Shown in pieces: positions 9,165 to 18,560 of a stretch of DNA of 64,000 nt. The translations under genes and the position numbers were made by a program. The notes beneath the pieces were generated by a model. It searched no databases and had not been told where the DNA came from. It saw nothing but the letters and a program-made list of their open reading frames with translations. Source of the stretch: a virus; the IMG/VR virus record IMGVR_UViG_3300010373_000039, positions 33,456 through 97,455 of that record; one strand, 5' to 3'. The number at the start of each line of letters is the position of its first letter. Position 1 is the stretch's first letter.

Positions 9165-10259
9165 ATGAGGCGGTTGCAGGAAATATTCGGCGGTGCCATG
9201 TTTGTAACCATGTCCGGGGACGTGGTTTTAAGCAATGCCGCGCCTCGTGTTATCATCGTCAACGCCACCGGCACCGGCCACAAATTCACGTTGCCGGCAA
9301 CCGCCAACCAAATGTTCACCGACCCCCTTCGGTTTTTGTTTTTCAACGTGGGATCGAACGCGTTTGATTTGGTTTACACCAATTCTATCGTTCACACGTA
9401 CTATAGCATCACCGCCGACGCCGCCACTAATTCCTTCACCGCGGCCTCCGGTGGATTGGCTATTGCACCGCCGGGTAGCTACATCATCACGACCGGGTTT
9501 AGCAATTCGGCCAACAACGGCACATTCCAGGTTTTGCAACGCAACGCCGCCGGAACACAGGTATGGGTGTCGGCATCGTTGGTCAATGAAACGGTCAATG
9601 TAACACCCCCGGTGCCCCCCGCCACAACGCCGCTTCCGCCCGTCAGCGTGTCCCGAGGAAAAATTACGACCCTGACCGGGGGAAATGCTCTTCGATTGAT
9701 GCTGGGGCAAAATACGGTGTTTGCCGGGTTCCGGGAATATTACCCGTTGATCGTTGCCTACAACGCCGCCCGGTCGTTTAGCAGCGCCACGATGAACGGT
9801 TCGGCGATTACATCGATTTGTTCGGCCGTTCGTAATCCACCACCCCCGCCGCCACCCCCGCCGCCCTATGACGGCGAGACTATCGATCTGTCCTCATGTC
9901 CAACCACCAAAACGATCACGATCACCAATGGCATCGGATCGGGTGCGGTGTGGAACGGGGTTTGGACGGTGACTAAGGTTACGTCCGGGTCGGTGACCTA
10001 TTACCGCTATGTCATCGACGCCAACCATTACATCGATCTTCGTTACTACCCCGGTGGCCAAGGCTATGGCTATCAATGGCAGGTGGTTTGTACCGATTTG
10101 ACGCGGACCATCAACAAACGTTTTGGAAACAACATCTCCGGATCGTGCCCACCCAACACCACCTATACGTGTTTTTCGGTGCCGATCGAGGGTGCGAATT
10201 GCACGTCCGGACAGGATAACGTGACGCCGACACCGATTGTTTGCACGGTTTCGGCATAG
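9165..10259 (+). CDS. Putative tail-tip accessory/adhesin protein with poly-Pro linker
   Basis: N-terminus resembles the Dit C-terminal extension; GFSNSANNGTF motif; poly-Pro run; Cys-containing C-terminal domain; ATG 9165 preferred over 9039. Confidence 0.6.
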   Translation: MRRLQEIFGGAMFVTMSGDVVLSNAAPRVIIVNATGTGHKFTLPATANQMFTDPLRFLFFNVGSNAFDLVYTNSIVHTYYSITADAATNSFTAASGGLAIAPPGSYIITTGFSNSANNGTFQVLQRNAAGTQVWVSASLVNETVNVTPPVPPATTPLPPVSVSRGKITTLTGGNALRLMLGQNTVFAGFREYYPLIVAYNAARSFSSATMNGSAITSICSAVRNPPPPPPPPPPYDGETIDLSSCPTTKTITITNGIGSGAVWNGVWTVTKVTSGSVTYYRYVIDANHYIDLRYYPGGQGYGYQWQVVCTDLTRTINKRFGNNISGSCPPNTTYTCFSVPIEGANCTSGQDNVTPTPIVCTVSA

Positions 10260-10270
10260 ACGAGGTTTTT

Positions 10271-10465
10271 ATGCCCCATGATTCGGACATCGTTTCGCTG
10301 GGTTTCAAATCGGGAAACGACATTCGGGAAAAGTCGCGGGCCGTGCATCCGTTGGGCCAGGTCCGCGAAAACGCCAAGAAGTACGTCCAACCCAAGGGCG
10401 TGAAACGTCCGGCCGTTCCGTGTTGCCACGGCACCGCCCGCGCCGAACCCCGAACGAACCGGTGA
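10271..10465 (+). CDS. Small basic hypothetical protein (PCC motif)
   Basis: RBS GAGG, coupled to the next gene by GTGA. Confidence 0.45.
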   Translation: MPHDSDIVSLGFKSGNDIREKSRAVHPLGQVRENAKKYVQPKGVKRPAVPCCHGTARAEPRTNR

Positions 10466-10917
10466 GCCCAATGCCGTTACCTTTGTTTGTTACCCAACCC
10501 TTTTGCTTGGAACGCCGGCATTGTGCCCAATGTCGTGGCCCCGACCCATTGTATCGGCGGGAGTGGTCCAAACGATATCAAATGCCGCCGGAGTGGCCCA
10601 AGTGTCCGTTTGGCGTTCCGGACAACGCCGCCAATCCCCCCGCGCCGCCGCAACCCCATGAATTGGGGATCTTGGTCGATGCGCCCGGCAGCGCCGAGGC
10701 CCGGGAAATTGAACGTCGTTGCCGGGAACGGGCCGATCGGGTCCGGGGCATTTGCCTGGGTTGCCCGGAATTCATCGACATCAACGAGGACGGGTTGACC
10801 ATCCATTGCAAACGCGGTTATTCGTGCGGGTGCGGCGGGGATCAACCGTCCATGATGCGCGGGTTGGTCCATTTGGGCGTCGGACATTGTTTGTTGAATC
10901 GGTGGGGTGGCCTGTGA
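10462..10917 (+). CDS. Cys-rich hypothetical protein
   Basis: HCAQCR, KCPFG, ICLGCP, CGC, HCLLNRW; GTGA overlaps on both sides. Confidence 0.6.
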   Translation: MSPMPLPLFVTQPFCLERRHCAQCRGPDPLYRREWSKRYQMPPEWPKCPFGVPDNAANPPAPPQPHELGILVDAPGSAEAREIERRCRERADRVRGICLGCPEFIDINEDGLTIHCKRGYSCGCGGDQPSMMRGLVHLGVGHCLLNRWGGL

Positions 10918-11969
10918 GATTAGAATCTATTACGCCCCAAACGCCGCCATTTTCCATTTTCCTGGAATTGGATCGAATCCCGGTTCCCGGCGAGAAATGG
11001 CCGGAGGGTTTTGCCGGTTGGCCCAACGTACAGGCAGCGCACATGCACGGGATGCGCAATGCCGCCGCCAACGCCCAACCGTCCCCCGTTTCCAAATCGG
11101 GACGCGGATTTGTCATGTGCGGGGGCGGCATCTATCTCCCCACGGCGTATGTGTCGTGCCAAATCCTTCGAAAAACCGGTTCCAAATTGCCCGGTCAATT
11201 GTTCTATTTGGGCGATAACGAGATGGATGATTTCCATCGTCGGTTGTTCGCCGCCATGAATGTGGAATGCGTGGACGCTACCCAATACGCCGAATGGGGT
11301 ACGCTGCGGAACACCGACGCCAAGGAACGGGGTTGGTTGCTAAAACCTTTTGCGTTGCGGCACACCAAATATAAATCGGTGGCCGCGTTCGATGCCGATT
11401 GCTACCCGGTGGTAAAACCTGAGGATTTGTTCAACGTTACCGAGTACTTCAAAACCGGCGCATTGTTTTTCGCCGACACCCCCCACCACGATTTGACGGA
11501 GGAAAAATGGCGGGCGCTGGGGTTCCCACCCCAAAATTGCTCGTCGTTCGAGTCCGGGCAAATGTGGATCGACACCAAAATGCATTGGCGCGCGATCGCG
11601 CTGACATTGTGGTTGAATTCCCACGCCGATTTTTACTACCAATGGTTTTGGGGGGACAAGGAAACGTTTTGTGTGGCGTGGCGGCAATGCAAAGAATTGT
11701 ACGCCATGCCGGACGTGCGGGGATGCATCTACGAGGGTCAAATCATCATCCACTATGGGTTTGGACCCAATGCCGCCCCGGTCACGGTCCACCGGTGCCG
11801 GTCTAAATTTTCGCCGATTGAGGGCGAGGTTTACCACCGGCTATTTTGGAACACCGACCAAACCGCCCGGACCCCACGACCCTATTTCCCTAACCTTCCC
11901 TATGAACGCGAGGCACACACGGCGTTCGCCAATTACCTCCGAATGTCCAAGGAGGAATCATGCCGTTAG
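10914..11969 (+). CDS. Glycosyltransferase, GT71 / MNN2-like alpha-mannosyltransferase
   Basis: GRGFVMCGGG, LRKTGSKLP, GWLLKPFA, FDADCYP (DxD), GALFFAD, FESGQ, WGDKETF: all hallmark Mannosyl_trans3 motifs. Confidence 0.85.
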   Translation: MRLESITPQTPPFSIFLELDRIPVPGEKWPEGFAGWPNVQAAHMHGMRNAAANAQPSPVSKSGRGFVMCGGGIYLPTAYVSCQILRKTGSKLPGQLFYLGDNEMDDFHRRLFAAMNVECVDATQYAEWGTLRNTDAKERGWLLKPFALRHTKYKSVAAFDADCYPVVKPEDLFNVTEYFKTGALFFADTPHHDLTEEKWRALGFPPQNCSSFESGQMWIDTKMHWRAIALTLWLNSHADFYYQWFWGDKETFCVAWRQCKELYAMPDVRGCIYEGQIIIHYGFGPNAAPVTVHRCRSKFSPIEGEVYHRLFWNTDQTARTPRPYFPNLPYEREAHTAFANYLRMSKEESCR

Positions 11970-12868
11970 TGTTGTTTCCATCGTTGGACAGGTTGCGGCA
12001 ACACGCAACACACCGGTTCGCGTTTTTGTGGCGATTGGAGCGGGTGGATGGCGTCACGTTGCTGTTCACCGACCACGATTGCCCGATTACCTTCAATTAC
12101 ACCCATGCGTTGGCCGAGGCATTGGCCCCGGGGAACGTAGGAAACGCCGCCGGCACCGACGAGATTTATTCCCCAGTCGATTCGTTTGCCGGCACGGCAC
12201 GGCAAATGCAAACCGGGTTGAAGGATGCGAACGTCGAGATGACGGGCGTTGTGTTGTCATCCGGATTGATTACCGAGGCCGATTTGTTCGCCGGCCGTTA
12301 TCGATCGGCCCGGGTCATCGAAATGCTGGTCGATAGTCGATTCCCCTACGCCGGCTATTTGACCCATGCCCAATACTTCATCGCCCAAACCACCTACACC
12401 CGGGAATTTTGGAAAGCGCAAATGTCGGGGGTGACGGCATGGGGGAACAAGGCGGCGGGCAACGTCTATTCGGTGTCGTGCCGGTTCCAATTGTACGACC
12501 CAAATACCTGTGGCGTCGATCCGACCGGCCACACCGCGACCGGGACCGTGACTATCGTAACCGATCGACAAACCTTCAACGCCGGGGGTTTGAACCCGAC
12601 GCCCAATGCCTATCGCTCCGGTCATCTAACGTGGCTGACCGGTTTCAATCGTGGTATCACATACGAGGTTAAATCCTCGTCCGGATCATTGTTGACCACC
12701 CAATTGGGAACGCCGTTCGATATCGGCGTCGGCGACACGTTTACGATCACCGAGGGTTGCGACCATTTGCGGGGCACGTGTTCGGGAACGTTTGCCAACC
12801 TTAACCGGTTTGGCGGTTACCCGTTCCTGCCCGGCAACGACGTAATGCTTCGCGGTCCGGTAACATAA
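11960..12868 (+). CDS. Baseplate hub protein (DUF2163, RcGTA g13-like)
   Basis: WRLERVDG..FTDHD, ITEADLFAGRY, CRFQLYD..CGV, GCDH..TC..FANLNRFGGYPFLPG. Confidence 0.92.
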   Translation: MPLVLFPSLDRLRQHATHRFAFLWRLERVDGVTLLFTDHDCPITFNYTHALAEALAPGNVGNAAGTDEIYSPVDSFAGTARQMQTGLKDANVEMTGVVLSSGLITEADLFAGRYRSARVIEMLVDSRFPYAGYLTHAQYFIAQTTYTREFWKAQMSGVTAWGNKAAGNVYSVSCRFQLYDPNTCGVDPTGHTATGTVTIVTDRQTFNAGGLNPTPNAYRSGHLTWLTGFNRGITYEVKSSSGSLLTTQLGTPFDIGVGDTFTITEGCDHLRGTCSGTFANLNRFGGYPFLPGNDVMLRGPVT

Positions 12869-12880
12869 TTGGAGGTTACG

Positions 12881-13153
12881 ATGGGCGACACAATGGAAGG
12901 TTATATGCGGACGATTTCCTACAACACCCCACAGCAAACGCTTCCGTCCAACCCGACGAACATGGGCCACAACATTCACCATAGCGCGCTGTCCAAATCC
13001 GGGGCCAAGCACACCCCCGTTAGCGCGCCGGCGCGCAACACCGGTTCACGACAAAATGTCGTACCCAATCACCCCGTTCCGCCCGACAATGCCCCGGTGG
13101 ACCGGCTGGACTCGCCGGTGCCGGGTGGCAAATCGTATGGAACCCCCGAATAG
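12881..13153 (+). CDS. Small disordered hypothetical protein
   Basis: Strong RBS GGAGG; Pro/Asn/His-rich. Confidence 0.55.
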   Translation: MGDTMEGYMRTISYNTPQQTLPSNPTNMGHNIHHSALSKSGAKHTPVSAPARNTGSRQNVVPNHPVPPDNAPVDRLDSPVPGGKSYGTPE

Positions 13154-13170
13154 ACGGCCCAGGATCGATT

Positions 13171-13590
13171 ATGACACGCGAAGATGTCATCCGATATGCC
13201 CGTATGTGGCTTGGAACCCCTTACGTCCATCAGGGACGATTGATGGGGGTCGGGGTGGATTGTATCGGGTTGGTGGCCGGCGTGGGCCAATACTTCGGGT
13301 TGCCCTATGAGGATCGTCGGGGATATGCACCGACCGGCCAAGGAGATTTTTACCTTACCAATGAATTCGTCAAATGGATGGACCCGGTCTACACCGCCCA
13401 TGCCCAACCCGGGGACGTGGCGTGTTTTTGGGTCCGCAAACCAACGTTCATTTGCCATTGTGGAATTCTTACACCGGTTGGTTTGATTCATGTCCATTCG
13501 ATCATCGGCCACGTGGCCGAGCATGTGATGGACGCCGGTTGGAAAAAACGTTTTGCGTGCGCGTTCCGGTTCCGTGGAATGAAGGATTAG
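13171..13590 (+). CDS. NlpC/P60 peptidase (RcGTA g14-like)
   Basis: ARMWLGTPYVHQGR..GVDCIGLV, PGDV, HCGI, IH catalytic motifs. Confidence 0.93.
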   Translation: MTREDVIRYARMWLGTPYVHQGRLMGVGVDCIGLVAGVGQYFGLPYEDRRGYAPTGQGDFYLTNEFVKWMDPVYTAHAQPGDVACFWVRKPTFICHCGILTPVGLIHVHSIIGHVAEHVMDAGWKKRFACAFRFRGMKD

Positions 13591-13593
13591 TGT

Positions 13594-15987
13594 ATGGCAA
13601 CCCTTGTTCTAGTCCCCATCGCCGCCGGCATCGCGGCCAACGCCACGGCCGGGTTGGGCGCTACGGCCGCCGCCGTGGCCACCAGCGCTATTATCGGCGT
13701 TGCCGGAACCGTGGGTGCGCTGGTCGATCAAATGTATGTCTACCCGGCCATATTCGGCAACGGGGCATCGCAAATTAAGGGACCGCAACTCAACAACGTG
13801 GCGATTACCGGTGCCAGCGCCGGCACACCGATCAATTTTTGTCTAGGTCGCGAGAATCGGGTTGGCGGCTGCATCATTTGGGTCTCCAACCTTCGTAAAA
13901 CGGCATCCAACGCCGGTTCAGGTGGCAAGGGCGGTACGAACGTCACCACCTATCAATACTTTGTGGACATCGCCATTGCATGGGGCGAGGGAACCATCAA
14001 TGCAATCCGCAAGATTTGGGCCGATGGAAAATTGATCTATGACCAGGCGTTGCAAAACAACAATTCGGGCCAATCGAACCTTTACGATTCATTGATTAAC
14101 TATTTCGGCGACCAAACCACGCCCGATCCAACAATCAGCGCCGCGGAGGGTTCGTCCAACACCCCGTCATTCGTCAATACCTACTACACGGTCATCAACA
14201 ATTTTGCCATTCACGATTGGGGCAACCGTATTCCCAATTTCACGGCGTTGGTCGAGGCCGAGGAACAAACGTTATTGGGTGATGCGATTGTCAAGATTTG
14301 GGAACGGACCGGGCGTCCGGGGTCCGATTTGGACGTGTCGTGGGTATCGGATGTGGAGGTTCTTGGTTACACGTTGGCGGGACCGCAGAATCCGATCAAT
14401 TCAATCGAACCGTTGATGATGGCCTATGATTTGATTACCCAGGAGCAGCATGGCGGGGTGATGCATTTCTACCATCGCAAGGATATGTTGCCGGTTTCGG
14501 TGGCGTCCAACGTCCTGGCGGCGGGTGCGGAAAAGGACACGCCGCTCCGCGCCTTTCAAATTACCGACAACGCCGATTGGGAGGTGGTGGATGAGGTGGA
14601 TGTCACCTACACCGATCCGGCCACGTTTTGGCAACAGGGAATGCAGCGCGAGGTTAAATCCGACATCACCAACCGTTCGGTGTCGTCGATGTCGTTGCCG
14701 TTCACGTTGGATGCCAATAGCGCCAAACAAATCGCCGCGCGAGTATTGTGGTCGGCCCAGGTGGAACGGTGGGCATCACAAATGACGTTGGCCCCGTCGC
14801 AATTGCACATCCTTGAAGGTGATGTGTTGCAATTGACCGCCGATAGTTTGACGTGGCGCAATCGGATCACCACCGTTTCACGGGGACAGAATTTTGTCTA
14901 TGAATTGCATGGATCGGCCGAGCAATCCGGGGTGTTGGATCAATCCGGGTTGGTGGCCGATATCCCGATCATCCCGCCACAACCGGAACCGGCCGGCACG
15001 TCCACCCACACCGGGATTATGATGGAGATCCCAATCCTTCCATGGGAGGGGTATGATCGGGGAATCCATTTCGCGGTGTTCGCCGAGCCCGGGGACGATT
15101 GGCAGGGCGGTTCGGTCTATCTGTCCAAGACGGACAATGGCGATGGTTCCTATTGGTTGATGGCCGATTACCAAATCGAGGCCACGGGCGGGGCGGCGCA
15201 AAATATATTGCCGGCGTCCGGGCCGATCGGTTATTGGGACAACACCACGACGTTGGTTGTCACCATGAACAACGGCCAATTCTTTAGCAATTTGGAATCG
15301 TTGGTGTTGACCGGGTACTTCAATCACGTGTACGTAGGAAAACCGGATGGAACGGGTGAGGTTATTGCGTTTTGCAACGCTACACTGACCGGACCCAATG
15401 AGTATACCCTAAGCAAATTACTTCGCGGCCGCATGGGAACCGAGGACCGCATGGCCGGCCATTTGGTCGGGGATGCCGTGGTGCTGTTGCAACAGGATGG
15501 ATCGATCCATTTCCATCCCTACAACACCGATGGGTTGGGTAAGAATTTATTTTTCAAAACCGTTCCGTTGCATCGGCATTTGTCGGACGTGGCGGCCGCG
15601 AATTATTACCGATCGGCCCGTTCGGTTACCCCGTTCTCGCCGGTTAAAATCAAGGGTGTCCGGGACGGGTCCAACAACCTTACCATTTCGTGGTTCCGTC
15701 GAACCAACGAGTGGGCACCGATTTTCGATTTCCCGGACGCGGCCAATTTGCCGGAAAATTTCCCATCCGACGAGTACGACATTTACATTTACAATGCATC
15801 GGGGTCCACCCTGTTGCGGACGTATCTAAACTATACGGGCGGCGAAAGTATTTTGTATTCCGCCGCCGTTCAAACGTCCGATGGGATCACCCCCGGGGAT
15901 ACGGTCCAGGTTATTGTGTATCAGGTCAACAGCGCATTGTCGCTAAATGGCGGCAAGGGCGTTGCATCGGCCCAAACAACCATTTAA
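13594..15987 (+). CDS. Central tail fibre / megatron-like host specificity protein (RcGTA g15-like)
   Basis: RIWADGK-like KIWADGKLIY, WGNRIPNF, IEPLMMAY, YTLSKLLRGRMGTE, ISWFRR. Confidence 0.9.
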   Translation: MATLVLVPIAAGIAANATAGLGATAAAVATSAIIGVAGTVGALVDQMYVYPAIFGNGASQIKGPQLNNVAITGASAGTPINFCLGRENRVGGCIIWVSNLRKTASNAGSGGKGGTNVTTYQYFVDIAIAWGEGTINAIRKIWADGKLIYDQALQNNNSGQSNLYDSLINYFGDQTTPDPTISAAEGSSNTPSFVNTYYTVINNFAIHDWGNRIPNFTALVEAEEQTLLGDAIVKIWERTGRPGSDLDVSWVSDVEVLGYTLAGPQNPINSIEPLMMAYDLITQEQHGGVMHFYHRKDMLPVSVASNVLAAGAEKDTPLRAFQITDNADWEVVDEVDVTYTDPATFWQQGMQREVKSDITNRSVSSMSLPFTLDANSAKQIAARVLWSAQVERWASQMTLAPSQLHILEGDVLQLTADSLTWRNRITTVSRGQNFVYELHGSAEQSGVLDQSGLVADIPIIPPQPEPAGTSTHTGIMMEIPILPWEGYDRGIHFAVFAEPGDDWQGGSVYLSKTDNGDGSYWLMADYQIEATGGAAQNILPASGPIGYWDNTTTLVVTMNNGQFFSNLESLVLTGYFNHVYVGKPDGTGEVIAFCNATLTGPNEYTLSKLLRGRMGTEDRMAGHLVGDAVVLLQQDGSIHFHPYNTDGLGKNLFFKTVPLHRHLSDVAAANYYRSARSVTPFSPVKIKGVRDGSNNLTISWFRRTNEWAPIFDFPDAANLPENFPSDEYDIYIYNASGSTLLRTYLNYTGGESILYSAAVQTSDGITPGDTVQVIVYQVNSALSLNGGKGVASAQTTI

Positions 15988-15999
15988 GGAAACAACAAC

Positions 16000-16350
16000 A
16001 TGTCGTCCCCCACCATTCGCTGCACATTGGATACAATTGACCCGTCGCAATCCGGGGCCGATGTCACCCATAACCTGGCCCTCATCAAATTGGATTTTTT
16101 GGTGGGTGGTGCAATCAAGGTAATCAACTCCACGACCGCCGCCGCGCCCGGATCACCCACCAATGGGGATACCTATTTGGTGGCCACCGGGGGTTCGGGC
16201 GCATTTGCCGGCCATGATGGGCAAATCGCGCTATACAACGCCGGTTGGTATTTCTTTGTCGTGCAGGTAGGTTGGATGATTTACGATGCGGCCGCCGGCA
16301 CGTTAAAACTTTGGAACGGCACTACCTACAAGACCATCACACTGACATGA
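16000..16350 (+). CDS. DUF2793 family tail protein
   Basis: Q..VTHNLAL..LD, PPGSPTNGDTYLVA..GAFAGHDGQIA..GW. Confidence 0.85.
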   Translation: MSSPTIRCTLDTIDPSQSGADVTHNLALIKLDFLVGGAIKVINSTTAAAPGSPTNGDTYLVATGGSGAFAGHDGQIALYNAGWYFFVVQVGWMIYDAAAGTLKLWNGTTYKTITLT

Positions 16351-16781
16351 ATCAAATCCGTCCAAATCTTTACATCGGCAATGCGCCCGATGCATGTTCG
16401 GCCCCACTGTTGGCCGACAACAAAATCACCGCCGTGTTCAATGTGGGGTTGGATTGCAACGACCCGTGGGATTGTCCGGGCGTTTTGTTTGTAAAAATTG
16501 GTTTGATCGACGGTCCCGGAAACCACCAATCCCAAATCCGTTTTGCATTGGATGTGTTGGACCGGTTATTGATGGACGGTCATCGGGTAATGATCCATTG
16601 CGTAGCCGGCCATTCCCGCGCTCCCTACATCACCGCCCGCTACCTATCCCGTCGCGAAAACCGAAATTTCAAAATCACGTTGGCCGAGGTTATCCGCCTT
16701 CGCCCCGGTGCCGAAAACCCCAATCGGTTGGTTGCGTTGTATGGAACCGGCTGGGAGGGGTTGCCCGAACCGGCGCAATAA
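16347..16781 (+). CDS. Dual-specificity (CX5R) protein phosphatase
   Basis: IRPNLYIGN, ITAVFNV, LIDG general acid, HCVAGHSRA P-loop, IRLRP..PN; ATGA overlap with DUF2793. Confidence 0.9.
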   Translation: MNQIRPNLYIGNAPDACSAPLLADNKITAVFNVGLDCNDPWDCPGVLFVKIGLIDGPGNHQSQIRFALDVLDRLLMDGHRVMIHCVAGHSRAPYITARYLSRRENRNFKITLAEVIRLRPGAENPNRLVALYGTGWEGLPEPAQ

Positions 16782-16812
16782 AAATCCCCGGCCGAAGGCG
16801 TTCGCCGGGGAT
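16779..16812 (-). terminator. Intrinsic terminator at the convergence of the late and replication blocks
   Basis: ATCCCCGG/CCGGGGAT stem with inner CGAA/TTCG pairing, followed by TTTTTA on the minus strand. Confidence 0.7.
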
Positions 16813-16850
16813 CAATCGCTGAGGGCTTATGTCAACGATTTTGGGTTTCG

Positions 16851-17339
16851 TTACGTGGTCTTGTCGGTCCCTCCGGACCCGGTTACGGAATCGGAACCCG
16901 ATCCTCCGGTAACGGTGTCCGCGCCGGCGCTGTTGACGTTCGCGGTCGAGGCGCCGCCAGAAGTATTCGCCTGGCCGGTGCCGGTGTTGGTCCCGGTTGC
17001 GACGGGTGTAGACGCGCTGGGCATCAATGCGATCAAACCGGTGACCTCGGATTGAATAGACGAGATCTGGTCGATGACCGGCTGCTCATCCGGCGCACCC
17101 CCGCCATTTTGAAGGACATTTTGGACCTGGGACTTAAGCGTGTCGAGCGATGCCTTGAGACCTGTCAGGGCCTGAAGGACCTGGGATTGATTTGCTGCCA
17201 TTTCGATAAACCTCGATTCAAGGTTTTTAATGAACCGCACAACCCGGTTGTGATTTTCGATCAATTCAACAAGGGTTTTGTGGTCCTTAGCAACCCGTGT
17301 GATTAGTTCATGGGCGTTCACGTTGAACCCCTTTAGCAA
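16851..17339 (-). CDS. Hypothetical coiled-coil protein with Gly/Thr/Ser-rich tail
   Basis: Open frame, heptad-like segment, low-complexity C-terminus; start uncertain. Confidence 0.55.
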   Translation of the reverse strand: MLKGFNVNAHELITRVAKDHKTLVELIENHNRVVRFIKNLESRFIEMAANQSQVLQALTGLKASLDTLKSQVQNVLQNGGGAPDEQPVIDQISSIQSEVTGLIALMPSASTPVATGTNTGTGQANTSGGASTANVNSAGADTVTGGSGSDSVTGSGGTDKTT

Positions 17340-17533
17340 TTGCCGGCGTGGTGGTGCCCCGCCGTCATGTTCTGCTGTGCCGTATTATAACCACGACCGT
17401 TCAACTTGGTGGTCGTCGCCATAATCCGCCCCCGTTTGCCCGATCCGGACGATTTCATTTCGGCCGCGCCGGTCGCGCCGGTTTTGCGTTTGATCCCTTG
17501 TGCGGGACGCTGGCCGATTTTTCCGTTAGCCAT
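17333..17533 (-). CDS. Small basic disordered protein
   Basis: RBS GGAGGT, Lys/Gly-rich. Confidence 0.55.
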   Translation of the reverse strand: MANGKIGQRPAQGIKRKTGATGAAEMKSSGSGKRGRIMATTTKLNGRGYNTAQQNMTAGHHHAGNC

Positions 17534-18554
17534 GATGGTCACCTCCTTTCCCAATCGACTCGGCCAGGATATCCAATCCGGCCGCGATCCGTTGGGGGGT
17601 CATTCTACGCACCCGGCCGTAATTGCGCAACGTTTCGGTGGGGGAGACCGTCCGTTGGGTAACCCTAACCCGGTGTTGTCGTCGTTGCTCGTCTACCTCG
17701 GTCAACCGCAACCCGCCCAGCGTCACATTGTTTTTTCGACAGAATTTTTCGATGTGCCGTTGGATCGGGTGCCATTGTTTGATGTCGGTACGCGGCAGCG
17801 CCACCTCGACCTTGACCATATCCCCGGGGATGTAGGCGCAGCGGTCGAATTCCTCGATACTGCCGATTTTGATTGAATCCTTGCGGATGGTTTTGCGGAT
17901 CAGGTCGCGGAATTTACCATCCTCCTCCAGGATCACGCGCGGGGTGTAGGTGTCCCCATAGCGGACCGGGTAGGGTGCGCCGATGTAGGTGATGTTGCCA
18001 AGTGTTTGGGGAACATGGATGTCGCCGGCGAAAACCCGTTTGGCGCGGGCCAACGATTTGCGACGAATCCCATCATCCATTTTCCCGCCCGATTCGGTCA
18101 TGGCCCCACGGATGGGTTGGTGCAAAAACACCTTGTCATATTTGGCTAGATCGTATTTGCCGTATTCGGACCGGAATCCCCGCGTGTGTGGTAGGAACAG
18201 CCACCGTTCCTGGAACATCCCGATTTCTACGGGCATGTGATAAAACAAAAGTTTACCACGCAGCGAATTGTGCAGAAAACGAAAGAAAGGAACGTTGGCA
18301 TCAACGTAGTCATGGTTTCCCTTCAACAGGAACATCATTTTGCATCGCTTGGCCAACATGGACAGGTTATCGACTAACCGGTTGACCAATGCCGCGCTAT
18401 GGTCATCCTTACGGTCGGTCATGTCCCCCAAAATGATGAGGTATTGCACGTTGTACCGAACCATGCGCTTTTCCAACCACGGGAACACATCCCAACGGTA
18501 CTCGTCGTTGGGGCGGTCGGTTAAATGAAGATCGGCGGTGTAAAGAATGCGCAT
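17526..18554 (-). CDS. sbcD: SbcD/Mre11-like metallophosphoesterase nuclease
   Basis: ADLH, LGD, GNHD, FLHQ, GDIH.PQ motifs. Confidence 0.9.
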   Translation of the reverse strand: MRILYTADLHLTDRPNDEYRWDVFPWLEKRMVRYNVQYLIILGDMTDRKDDHSAALVNRLVDNLSMLAKRCKMMFLLKGNHDYVDANVPFFRFLHNSLRGKLLFYHMPVEIGMFQERWLFLPHTRGFRSEYGKYDLAKYDKVFLHQPIRGAMTESGGKMDDGIRRKSLARAKRVFAGDIHVPQTLGNITYIGAPYPVRYGDTYTPRVILEEDGKFRDLIRKTIRKDSIKIGSIEEFDRCAYIPGDMVKVEVALPRTDIKQWHPIQRHIEKFCRKNNVTLGGLRLTEVDEQRRQHRVRVTQRTVSPTETLRNYGRVRRMTPQRIAAGLDILAESIGKGGDHHG

Positions 18555-18560
18555 TGTGGT

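Noticed and set aside
9838-9866. CCG/CCA repeat as a contingency locus
   Set aside because: It encodes a poly-Pro linker with mixed codons rather than a pure slippage tract.
5723-16350. Gene transfer agent cluster
   Set aside because: The tail tip is RcGTA-like, but it is contiguous with a full phage replication module and early region, so this is a phage.
13594-16350. Diversity-generating retroelement acting on tail genes
   Set aside because: No reverse transcriptase and no template/variable repeat pair seen in the window.
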